A stretch of DNA of 64,000 nt from Piromyces finnis finn (Eukaryota; Fungi; Neocallimastigomycota), in the NCBI GenBank assembly GCA_002104945.1, contig MCFH01000007.1:620001-684000 (forward strand), read 5' to 3'. Below are positions 12,492 through 24,885 of this stretch, piece after piece. Under the pieces are notes generated by a model. It made no database searches. It worked only from the letters and a program-made list of their open reading frames with translations, and was not told the origin of the DNA. Both the position numbers and the translations under genes were made by a program. Position 1 is the first letter of the stretch, and the number at the start of each line of letters is the position of its first letter.

Positions 12492-13133
12492 GATAATAAA
12501 TTCTAATTAAAAATATTGAATATAAAATAAATACTAATAAAAATTATAAATATAACGTATATGGAAAAAAAATCTGTCTCTCTCTCTCTTCTTAAAAGTA
12601 CTGGATAGTACAAAAATTGTTACGATGCTTTGTTTAAAGTTTCTTTTTTTGAATTCTAGTTGTAAATTTTCTTTAAAAATTCTAGTTTTGGTTTGTTGTT
12701 AGTAAATTCGATTCGCTTTTTGACACTAAACTTGTTTGACTTTACTTTTCATTAAATATTTAAATTGGTAAAAAATTTGAATCAAGAATGTCGACACCAG
12801 AAAGCTTGTGAATAGTATTTTTACATGATGTAGAGTGAATCAGTCTCTTACAAGAAACAATACAACAATAGCTACATGAATATAAAAGTACAATGCAAAT
12901 GCTAAAGTTGACTACATTGGATTCTTACAAGAGAAGAGTAGTACTACATGAATACATGAATAAAAGAAAAAATACAGCAACAAAATGTATTACTCTTCTA
13001 ATTAAATACTATACAAACTTACCTGAATATCAAACATTCAACTTATTCATCAAATACTTAATTCGATGAATAAAATGTTTTTTAATCGCTCAGTACCATG
13101 AGCTTAGTCCTAATAATTTTCCCTTAAAGACTA

Positions 13134-13379
13134 ACCAAGCATCCATTGCGCAATGCTTGGATTTAATTCTTTCTACTCTCTCAGTACCATGAGCATGAGT
13201 AGACCCCCTTGATAAACTCCATTATTAAATAAATGAAGGCACGTTCCTAAGAGGGCACCAAGCATCCATTGCGCAATACTTGGATTTAATTCTTTCTACT
13301 CTCTCAGTACCATGAGCATGAGTAGACCCCCTTGAGAAACTACATTTATTAAATAAATGAAGGCACGTTCCCAAGAGGG
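13134..13379 (-). repeat. Two tandem ~123-bp monomers at the LINE 5' end
   Basis: CCAAGCATCCATTGCGCAAT at 13135 and 13258; GAGGG at 13251 and 13375. The corresponding last monomer is at 1-96 in copy A. Confidence 0.95.
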
Positions 13380-14167
13380 TATATGAATTTAAAAGGTTTC
13401 TTCCTAAACTCAATCAAAAATATTTACAGTTTTATGGTTTTCTAAATTGGCCATATTAAATTTTAATTATTGTTAAAATATTTTCCTCTGCAAAAAGGAA
13501 TTTTTTAAATATATATATATTTTGTCTCTATATTCATTCAATCATTCTTCTTTTACACCAAATTACAAAAATTTCAATAATATATATATATATATATAAT
13601 ACACTGTTTTTATTTTATTTATTTTTTTTTTTTATTTATTTATTTATTTAATTTAATTGCTTTATTTTATTTATCTTGTTCTTTTTTTTTTCTTTTTTTT
13701 TTTTTTTAATTAAATAAATAGAAACAGAAATAGATTAAATATATAGAAGAGAAAGAAAAAAAAAAAAAAAAAAAAAAAAAAAGAATACCTAATAAATAAT
13801 ATAAAAAGTTGTTTTTGTTTTTGAATATGTATATTTAGTTATTATTTACAACATTTTTATATATTGTATTATTTTATATAAGTTAAAAATAAAATGTTAA
13901 TCCTACATAATTTTTAAAATATAAAATAATAAATAATAAACGAAAAAAAAAAAAAAAAAAAATGAAAAGAAAATAATTTATGAAAAAAAGAAAAAAAAAA
14001 AAAAAACTTTTTTTTTAAATTGTATATGTATTATTTCTTAAAAAGAATTAAATTATAGGTTATTAAATATTAATTAATAATAAAAAAAAAACATTATTTC
14101 GCCCATTCAAAGGTCTTTAAATATATTATAAACTTTTAATAATTAGTATGATGATGTGCTACGGTTG

Positions 14168-14211
<44 letters not shown>

Positions 14212-14361
14212 ATGTATTAAAAATGTCATTAATGCATTTTTTCTCCTATTTAAATTTCGACCATATTTGGCTTTTTTTTTTTCCCCATAATTTATTAATG
14301 ACATGACCTCAATTTCAAATTATTTAAAAAAAGATTAGTAAATAAAATAATATCAGATTTA

Positions 14362-17000
14362 CTAGATGCTTTTACTGGATGCTTTTGTCGTAGATAATGA
14401 TGGTACAGATTTAGAAACCTTAGTAATAGAGGTTGAAGTTAAATTTGTAGAGGAATCATCATTAGTTGATTTTAATGGATTATCTATGAAATTTGGCATT
14501 AAATCGGCTGGTTTAACCGTTGTTGTGGTATTAGTAGAATTGGTACTTGTAGGTAAAAGATTTAGATTTGATGTTGTTATATTATCGGCTTGAACAGCGT
14601 TATTAAGTAGGTTTTGATTATTTAATAAATTATTGATGAAGGATGCTGAATCATTGGTATTATTATTAAGATACATATATGGATTTGATGCAAGAGGACT
14701 TTCTGTTGTAGTAGTCGCAGCGGTTGGAGTTGTAGTTAATTTATTGTTGAATAAAGATGTTGAGTTACGAAGTAGATTGGTAACAGTATTACTATCAAAG
14801 GAAGATGGAACAGTTGAAGGATTTATCATTTGAGATAAAGCTAATAATTGTTCCAAATTATTAGATGTTGTATTAGCAATAGTATTGAAATTTAAGGTAG
14901 TTGTTGATGGATAACTGGAATTTGCTTTTAAGGAATTACCCAATGTAGAATTAAAATTAAGACCAGTACTAGGTGAAGCATTCGCATTAGTCTGGTTGTT
15001 TGTACTATTTATCAATAGGTTATTTAAATATGAATTTAATTCATTAGAATTATTTAAATTATTAAGTAAATATTGACTTAAAATAGGATTATTATTTAAG
15101 TTTTTTAAAGTTTGAGAATAAAGTGGATTTCCAAAGATGGTAGCTAAAGAAGAGGAATTTGGTGCTGAATTAGACGATAGGGCATCAGAATCATTTGCTA
15201 AAGAATTAAGAGCAACTGGTAAAGTAGGTGTTGTTTTATTAACTTCTGTGGTTATTTTTTCTGAGGCTGGTAAAAGTAAAGAAAGGTCATTTTTATTTAG
15301 ACCTATTGGTAAAGTTGGGGATACAGTATTAGAGGTGACAGGTGAGTTTGTTGTAAGAGAATTTAAAGATATGAGACTATTTATTAATTTTGTTTCAGGG
15401 TTAACAGAAGTAGAAGTCACTGATGATACACTAGTAGGGTTGGAAAGTTTTAATTTTTTATTATTTGGTTTATTAACAACTGCAGTAGTGGTACTAGAGG
15501 TATTGGTGTTGAGTGAAGGTGAAAGAATAATAGGATTTACTTTATTGACAGAAGAATTAAGATTGGAACCGAAAGTATTGCTACCTAATAAATTATTATT
15601 TTGGTCAAGTGAAGAAGTACTGTCATTATTTACTTCAAGCATATTTAATAAACGTTCTCTCTCTTCTTGAGTTGCATTATTAAATGGTAGTGATGAATTA
15701 TCATCATAATTTCTTAATAATTCTTCCACATCAAAATTTGGTTCAATTCCAATGGAAGAGGTAATATTATCAATATTAGTTTGTAATTTATTAATGTCAT
15801 TATTTAAATTTTCTATATTAAGAGTTGCATTTTGTAAACGAGCTGTATTATTTATCAAAGGACTAAGAGAGTCTATACCATTGTTATTCATCTGTATTTT
15901 ATCTATATATTGAAAAGCATTTTCTGTGTCAAACAATGATTGGGAATCATTATTATAAGAATTTGAATTTAATAATAATGAAGCTGTTTGATTTGTATTA
16001 CTTTTACTTTTACTATTATTCTTTAATTTTACTAAATCCATACTTTTCTTATCTTTATAGAATAGAATAATAATTAAAAAAAAAAAAATCCAGTATATTT
16101 AAAAAATAAAAAATAATCCATTAGTATAAAAGTATAATAAATTTACAAATATGACGATAATTATATATATTTTATATTTACTTAATGATTGTGAAAGAGT
16201 ATCACTTTCCATCTTTTCAATAGTTTTAGTAAGGCCATCCTTATCTTCTTTTAATGGACTTAAAGATTCAAAGGGAGATGTTGGAGTTTCAACAGTAATA
16301 TTTTTTGGACTAAGACTAGCAAGACTAGTAACATCTGGACTTTTAATTTCATTAATACTGGCTGTAAATTTTGAATCATTAGAACTACCTAATAATAAGC
16401 GAGGACGTTTAGGTGATTGTACAGCTTTTTTATTAGTAAAGAAGGAAGCTAAAAATCTAATAATTTTATCAATAACTTCCTGTTGACGTTGATACTTTTC
16501 TCTCATTTCTATGGATTCATTCCAAAGTGCTTGATTATCACTTTGAATTTTCTTTAAATCTGCACTAATAGTAAATTGATGGCGTTTTACTGCAGTTATT
16601 TCAGAAATTAAATGATTAATATCAAACATTTCTTTATCTTCATTATCTCTTCCTTTTTTTCTATTTACTAAACATAAAAGATCGGGTTGATTTCTTTGAA
16701 AATGTTGGTTAGCAAATTCCCAAAGCTCAGTATCAGAATCTGAATGTAAAACACCTTGTTGTAAATGTGGCACTTTATGAAAGCCATACATATTTAGTTG
16801 ACGTACAAAACTTGAAAAATTATTATGTTTAAAAAAACGAGGTAAAACTTCCTTTGCAAATTCCTCATGTTTTTGAACTTTTAATATGTGGAATGAATAA
16901 AAATAATTTCAAAAGTTTATTTTGTGAAATGTTTTAATGTGATTCCATCACACAATAGATTTATTTATATATTAATTAGATCGATATAATTGATTTTGAA

Positions 17001-17031
<31 letters not shown>

Positions 17032-17787
17032 ATTGCAAATGGTAATTGGTATAGAAACAATACAATAATTGTAATATTGTAATATTTATAAAAAAAAATA
17101 AAAAAAAATATCATATATGTATAATTCAAAAATTTAATAGTATAATAATATAATAATATCGAAAAATAATAATAATTGTTAGAATTAGTAAATGCAATGT
17201 TATGTATTTTATATGAATTTCGACAACTTACCAATAAAAGTTGAACCATCTTCTGACCAATGAATTAAATCATCTGTAGAAGGGTCGTTTACCATACTAT
17301 ATTTAATATAAAATATAATGAAAAAGTAGAGTTATAAACTGATGAATATTTTATTTTTTTATTTCAAATGTTCGATATTTTATTTTGAAATTATAATTTT
17401 TTTTAGCTATTTAATTAAAATTGAATTTCAATTTAAACCAATAAATTATCTCTAAAAATATTCTATTATTAAAATATCAATAATTTTACTCTAACACTTT
17501 TTACTTCTTTATTTATTTATTATTTATAAATATATATATTTGATAATACAAAATAGTTATAGAAAAATAAAATATTTTTCTTACTTGTAAAGTTTATTTA
17601 AAAAAGCAGGTACATTCTTGGAAGCTGATGATGCGATGGCACGAGTATTTAATCCTGTATTACTTGCTGATACTATTTGTGGCAATTTTGAAGCCGGTAC
17701 AGTACGTTGCGGAAAGACTGGACCAATTGAAGAATTGGAAAGAGACCTCTTTCTAGAAACAGGTTTTTTAAGAGGCATTGGACTCAT
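14362..17787 (-). CDS. HSF1: Heat shock transcription factor (4 exons: 17787-17585, 17296-17232, 16877-16182, 16052-14362)
   Basis: Spliced DNA-binding domain NVPAFLNKLYNMVNDP..IHWSEDGSTFIV..FAKEVLPRFFKHNNFSSFVRQLNMYGFHKV. HR-A/B heptads (LISEITAVKRHQ..LKKIQSDNQALWNE), CE2-like KRPRLLL, long N/S/T-rich C-terminus. All introns GT-AG and phase-consistent. Confidence 0.95.
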
Positions 17788-20700
17788 TTATTTTCTATTA
17801 TTTTTTATATTTTTTAAGAAAAGTTGTGTGAACGAATGATTAATTTTCTCTTATATATTTTATTGATTTTAATTGATGTAAATGTGTTGCTTTGTTAAGT
17901 GTTTTTATACGTAATATCTTATTGTTTATTATTTTTTAAAAAAAGAAAAATTAAATTGGTTTAAGCCAGTAAAGTCTTTAAAAATATTTTTTTCATTGAT
18001 TTGCTTTTTTTTATATTATTATTACATAAAATAGTATATAAATAAAAATATTAATATCTAAAAATATAGTTTTTTTTAAAAATAAATATGAATAGGTTTA
18101 TTTAAATAACGACTATAGAGTTTTAAAAATAAAAAAAAAAAAGATAAAATATTCAAATGAAAATATTTTAATTGAAATGATATTGAATAATATTTTTTGT
18201 TTCGTATTTTTTGTTACAAATGATAATTGAATTGAATAATAAATAGATTAGTAAATCCAATATTCTTGTAAACCTTACTACTTGTTAAAAATTCAAATTG
18301 ATTAATTTTTCTTTTCTAATCTTTTGTAGAATCAAACTAATTTTAAGTTATACTGAGCCAACGAATACAATGAATAGTTAAAAAAAAAATGAAAAAAAAA
18401 ATGAATAGAGCAAAAATTTAAAAAAAAAAATTTTTTTTTTATAAAATTATGGCACAACTTTTTTAATATTTCTTTTTTTATATATTAAAATTTAATTCTA
18501 TACCTATTTTTCCTATAAAATTTTTAATTTTAATTTTTATATCACCCAATATAAATCAAATAAATCAAATATATTAATATAAACTAATCTATAGTAAAAA
18601 AAAAAAAAAAAAAATTGACGCTCTAAACCTACTTTATGTAATCTTTAATTGTTATTAATCAATCTATTATTGTTTATTAGTATTACTACTATTAATTATT
18701 TATTAATTATTACTAATCCTTTTAATTATTAATCATTGTTAATTACTATTATTTTATTATTATTTTTATATTAAAAAACTAATAGTATTTACCTTTAAAT
18801 TTCGAATTAAAAAGAATAATCAAATCAACAGGTAAACCATTTTTTTGATGAGATTTTTATTTTTTGGTAAAGTATCTAATGAATAAAATCAAGTATAGGA
18901 ATAAAATGAACGTAGTTAATAATAATATTCTATATTTAAAATGTTGAATGTCTATTGCAGTAGTGGTGTGGTGTTGTAGTAGTGGTGGTTAATAAAACAA
19001 TATAAATAATTTTTATCTTATTAAAGTTTATTATTGTGTATAATAAAAACTTTCAAATTTTGGGAATTTTATATTTTTGTTTTTTATATATTATAGAGTA
19101 TTGATTCATATATTAAAATATATGTAATTATAAATTAAAGTAATTATAACTATTATTACTTTAAGTAGTTACATAGATTTATGTTTTATATAATAGATTT
19201 ATGGAGAATTGATAAATGTAGAGCTGAAATCACATGAATACAATAACTATTTTTATACATACAACTGCCGCTCTTCAATAGACGACTATTTCTAATTTTT
19301 TTAGTAAAAATATTTAAAATTACACAGTTCTTCGTTTTCCTATTTATACCTTTAACTTTTATTAAGTAGAAAGGTTAGATTATAATTATCAATAATAACT
19401 ATTGTAAAATTGAATTTTTAATATATTTCTCTATATATAAATATATATTGTTGGAATTTAATCCACATAAAAAACATGAATTACTAATATAGTGCAATCT
19501 ATTGGTGAATCAAAATAAAATGATATTTGAACATGCTACTGCCATTTTCTATCTTTCTTTTTTTCATAGGAAAAATTGTGCTTGTATTTTTAATTGCTAG
19601 GCATGCTTTTATGGACTGTCGTTATGGTGTAATGAATTATAGAAAGATCTATTTTTTTTTTATCAATTTATTGGTTTATCTTTATAAATAATATTTTTAC
19701 ACTTGTAATTTCTATTGTTAATGCCATTTTATAAAAGGAATAAAAGTTTAGCTTTTTTGTCATTATTAAATAAAAAGAAAATAAGCAAGACTGTTTTAAA
19801 ATAAAACATCCATAAAACAACTTTTTTTAAAAAATAAAAAACTATAATTAATAGTGATATTTTAACCTCTTTTTTTTTATAGAATCAAGTAATACATTAT
19901 TAAATGTAACAAGTATAAAATCACAAGTCTAATAATAATCATCATATAATAGTAAATATTTTATTTTATATTTTTAGATTATATTATCATTATTAAAAGA
20001 TGCATTACAATTTCGATTAATGTATAAGAAATGAGATTTTTAAAAAAAAAAAAAGCATATCCTATAATAGTTAACAACTAAAAATAATTTCATATAATAA
20101 AAAAAAAGAAAAATCAATGTACTCTTTTAAATAACTTATTAATTAGCATTACTCTAATTATTAGCATTATTACTCTAATTATTAGTATTATTATTATTAT
20201 AAACGAGGCATATATATAAATACTTTGTGGTATTCACACCACTTTTTAGGTAAATTCTTTTCTATTGCCAACCAACATCCCACTTTTTTTTATATTTCAC
20301 CTTTCAATAATTTTAAAGTTTAAAAAAAAGTATCATATATTATTCATATATTATAATATATGCAAATTAAATTAAGTTTACTCTTGGTAAATGAATTTTT
20401 AATTAAATTTTCTAGCATTTTGTAGAATTTTTTTTATTTTCATATGAAAAATTAAACTTTAATTTTTTTTAAAAAAATGACAACAAAACATTTTAAAGTG
20501 GCATTTTAGATGGAATATAATATATAAGAATATTATTTAATAAAGTAACGGCTAAGAAGAAGGTATTCATACTATTATTTTATTATAACTAGATAAAGAG
20601 GGGATGGAATTTCTTAATCTTTAACATCATGGATCAATTCCATTTCATAAGAATTTAATAAAAATTTACCAGAAAAAATGGCATGATTTTAAATGTCATC

Positions 20701-21607
20701 AAAATTTTTAGTTAAAGTAATTTTCATATAGAAAGGTTTATTCATAAGAATAAAAAAGGAAAAAAAAAATTAAAAATTCTATAAATAACTAAAAAAAAAA
20801 AAAAAAAAGAGCTTGGAAGAATCTTCTAGTAACGAATGAAATGCAATACTTTTTTTTATTTAATGAAATATTTGCATATATTTAAGGTTATTAAGCATAA
20901 AACAAGTCTGTTAATGGTGTATATCATGTGACTTAAATATTGACCTTAAAGTATAATAAAAACTTCACTTGTATGGATGCCTATTATTATGCATAGCTTT
21001 TCAAAGATAACAATATACATTAAAAAAAAAAAACATTTTTTATATTATATTTAATTTTATTTTTATTTTTATTTTTGTTGTTATTATTATTTTTCATTAG
21101 TATTTTTACTAATACTGTTGTTGTTGTTGTTACTTGAATTATGCTTATTATTTTATTTTTTAATTTGATATATTACACAATATTATTTTTATTTTTATTC
21201 TTAAAAAAAGAATAAATGGTATAAAATAGTATTTATTTTAACTAAAAGAACAGGAAATAACAAAAAATAAAGAATAAAATAATAAAAAAAAATTTATTTT
21301 CTTTTTTATCTTATCCTTTATATATAAATTTTCATTTATAGATATTTTTCCCTTTTTTTTTTTTTTTTTTTTTTATTTATAATATAAAATTGTTGTTGCT
21401 TATATCATTCTATTGTTCATATTTTGTTATTTTTTTTTAAAAAAAAAAATCAATGTCATAAAGCCGTATTTGCTATCATTATTTTAACATTGTTTGTTAT
21501 GATAGAATGTTAATTTTTTTTTTTTCTATTCTTTTTCATTCAAAAGAATGAAAAAAAAAAAAAAAAGAATAGGTAGAAATGATTTAACAGTTAAAAAAAA
21601 AAAATAC

Positions 21608-24600
21608 TTAAATGTATTTAGCAGTTTTTCTAAACTTTTCAATAGAACCACCATCAACCATAACATTCATAATCATTGGACGATTAGGATATTTATTCTT
21701 CATTTCAAAGAATTCTGAAAGTTTTTGATCAATGACATATTGAGTAAAGTTGGTTTCTTCATTTTCTTTATCGGAAGTTTCACCTTCTTCTGGTTTACAT
21801 GAACCAATTAAAAGACCCTTACCACCATAACCAGCACCAACAATTTCATAATGACGATCTTGTAATGGACAAGCAACATCGGAACCATTAAAAAGTGGTT
21901 TTTGTTGACGACAAACTTGAGCCCAACAAGAATCATTACCAATACAAATGTTGACTTGAAGTTTATGACGAACAAAAGTATCAACTTCAGCAATACTATA
22001 ACCAGCAGTACCATCACCATATAATAACCAAACATCTGCATTTAGTTTTCTTTCATTTGCAAGAAGTTTAGCTGCAAGGGCAAAACCACCACCAACACCA
22101 AGAGTACCAAATAATCCTGGATCTAACCATTGAAGAGGTTTGGTTGGCCAAATAAATTTAGCGGCAGTACCAATAAAGTCACCACCATCAGCAACAACAA
22201 TAATATCCTTTTGTTCTCTTTCTCTAATCTGTTGAATCTTTTCATTGAGTTTAGAAAGGAATACCAATGGATTAACCTTACCAATAGATTCAATATTTTG
22301 AGCATCGGTAACCTTTTTACTATAGATATTTTATAAAAAAAAAAAAAAGGAAAATTTGGAAAAATGAAATAATTTAAGGTTATAAAATAAAATAAAAAGG
22401 ACTCGTTAATTTATATAATTCAATTAGATATTGATAATTGTTATATTGATTTTTTTTTTTTTTTACTTACGCTAATTTTTCCTTTTCTTCTAATTCTAAT
22501 TTTCTTAAATTAGCAACAAATTCAGCAGGGAATTCAGCATTATTAACTTTTTCAGATTTGGAAAGATCATTTAAGAAAGAACCACAATCAGAATGAACCT
22601 TTAAGGTTGGTTTCCAGTAAATATCAGTATTCATGTTGAGAGCTTCTTCAGATCTATTAATAGCAATAATTTTAGCATTTGGATTGAAGCCTCGACCAAA
22701 ACTAATTCTGAAATCAATAGGTAAACCTATATTTTAAAATAATATATATATATATAAATATATATTATTTTAATATCTTATGCCGATTTTATAACTATTT
22801 TTAAAAATTTGCTAGGAAATAAAAAAAAAAAAAAAAAAAACCTATACATTGAACATGTATAATATATAACTCATCCTTTTATTATAATTAATTTTTTTTT
22901 TCAAATTTACCAGCAATAATGATTAAATCAGCTTCCTTAAGTGCTTGCTTTCTAACAAAACGGAATTGAATATTTTTACTTGTTTGTTCGGTATCTTTAT
23001 CACTTAATAAACCTCTAGCCATACCTGACATAAAAGTTGGCATGTTCAATTTGAGAACGGCTTGTTTAAGTTCTTCTGCTTGAACTGGAGGTAACATGAC
23101 TTGACTACCAAGAACTAACATTGGTTTCTTAGCATTAGCAATTAAATTTTCTGCTTTTTTGAATTGGCAACGAGTATAACTTGGAATATCTAGTTTAAGT
23201 GGAGCGTAATAATTGTCGTTGAAATCTTCATAACTATATTTATCAGTCCAGGCATTGCTGAAAATGTCATTTAATTGACATTCACGTCTCCAGAGACTAA
23301 TATTACCCATTGGAAAACTTACACAGGTACCAGAAGGAACTAAAGAGCTTTTAACATGTTCATAGGAGTAAAGAACATCGTATGGAATTTCAAGGAAAAC
23401 TGGACCTGGAACACCAGATAAAGCAATCTTAATAGCTTTTTTAATTTCTGGAACAATGTCACGAACAGCAAATACTTTTTTGGAATATTTAGTAACAGTC
23501 TTCATTAAACCAGCATGATCAATATCTTGAAGAGCACCTCTATTATGTTGAACAAGTGGAGCACTACCAGAAATAAGTAATAATGGAGATTCAGCCAAGT
23601 GAGCATTTTCAACAGCCGTAACAGCGTTGGTTAAACCCTTTTAACAAAAAATAATGTATTTAATTGATAATTTATTTAAAAATAAAGATCAATTGATTTA
23701 TAATATTTTAGTTAGTCAATAATAGTTGTTCCTACACTATTATAATAATAATTTTTAGTAAAATAAAATAAAATAAAATAAAAAATGCATTATAATAGTA
23801 TAACTTTATATATTTTTAATATACAATACCGGTCCAGAAGTAACAAGAGCAATACCAACGTTACCAGTTAATCTTGCCATAGCATCAGCAGCATAAACTG
23901 CAGTAACCTATAGTGACATATTTTTTTAATATTTCAAAGATTTTAAAATCAAGATTTTTTGAAATTATTAAAATTCAAATGACTGAAAAAAATAATAATA
24001 ATAATAATAATAAAAGAAAAGGAGAAGAGAAGAGAAGGAATGAAGAAGAAAAAGAAAAAGAAAAAAAAAATCACAAAATATATAGAATTTGTTTTATTTA
24101 AATATGACAAAACTTGTTTCTTTTTTTAATTAAACTTTTGCTTCAATTTAAAAAAAAAAAAAAAAACGTCATTTTGAAAACTATTATTTTAATGGCGTAT
24201 AAAAAATATTATATTACTTACTTCATGTCTTGTATCAATAACATTAATTCCTGATCTTTCACATTCAACCAAAATCTTAATTTAAAATAATAATAATAAA
24301 GAATAGAAAATTAGATATAAAGCATTTTTCTATTAACTATCATTATCATTATATATATAAAACAAATAGGTACAGGTGAAATATGTCCTCCAGTTAATGT
24401 GAAAACATTAGTTATACCGTGAGCTTTAAATGTGTTAGCAACAAGTTTTCCACCGTGCTTTTCTTGGTTATTCAATATCTTTTAACATAAATAAATGTTT
24501 TATTTTTAAAATAAAAAATAAATAAATAAAAAAAGAAAAGATAAAAAAAAAAAAATTAAAATTCATTATTAAAAATAAAAGAATTAAAATACAATTACTA

Positions 24601-24885
24601 CAAAATATAATTATAATTACAAATATAAAAAAAAAAAAAAAAAAGAAAAAAAGAAAAAAATTCATACCCTTGTAGCTTCTCTTTTTTTTTGAACATAAGA
24701 ATATGAAGCTTGACCGGCGGTTAATGCTAAAAGAGAACCAATTACAGCTTTTCCTTTAAATGCTATTGGTTTTTATAGAGTAAATATTTCATTAATTAAG
24801 AGGGGAAAGTTGACATAAAACAAAAAAACAATAAAAAAAAAATTATATATATTATATACACTTTTAAATAATAATACATACACAT
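21608..24885 (-). CDS. ILVBL: Thiamine-diphosphate enzyme of the acetolactate-synthase-like / 2-hydroxyacyl-CoA lyase 2 type; multi-exon
   Basis: Motifs HGGKLVA, FTLTGGHISP, IDTRHEVTAVYAADAMARL, TSGPGLTNAVTAV, GPVFLEIPYDVLY, WLDPGLFGTLGVGGGFALAAKL, and the TPP motif GDG..GYS...ND. Hydrophobic N-terminal anchor. The start ATG(T) at 24885-24882 is inferred from a GT-AG intron 24881-24763. Confidence 0.85.

Larger units (their letters stand above)
7696..13379 (-). mobile_element. Full-length LINE, copy B, with target-site duplication
   Basis: T33 tail at 7696-7728 then AACGGCATCAA. TSD TATATGAATTTAAA at 7682-7695 and 13380-13393. The 5' end carries two ~123-bp monomers; the 5' UTR is ~890 nt. 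Confidence 0.97.

Noticed and set aside
13080-13379. Assignment of the LINE 5' monomers to a known ribozyme class (HDV-like, hammerhead, twister, twister-sister, pistol)
   Set aside because: Partial likenesses exist (GCCCTCT/AGGGGGT stem with G-U start; 5-bp stem with 6-nt loop followed by TTAAA; GCTCAT and GCAA words). The required cores could not be fitted: no P1.1 or catalytic C, no CUGANGA/GAAA, no convincing pseudoknot partner.
19430-19660. Coding-like stretch on the minus strand with a CFLCG word resembling an RT zinc-binding region
   Set aside because: Many stops and no supporting motifs.
16965-24665. Short F/K/I-rich ORFs in introns and spacers (16965-17249, 23913-24101, 24468-24665; also 5500-5745, 47440-47889, 51112-51324)
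   Set aside because: Products of homopolymer runs in AT-rich non-coding DNA.
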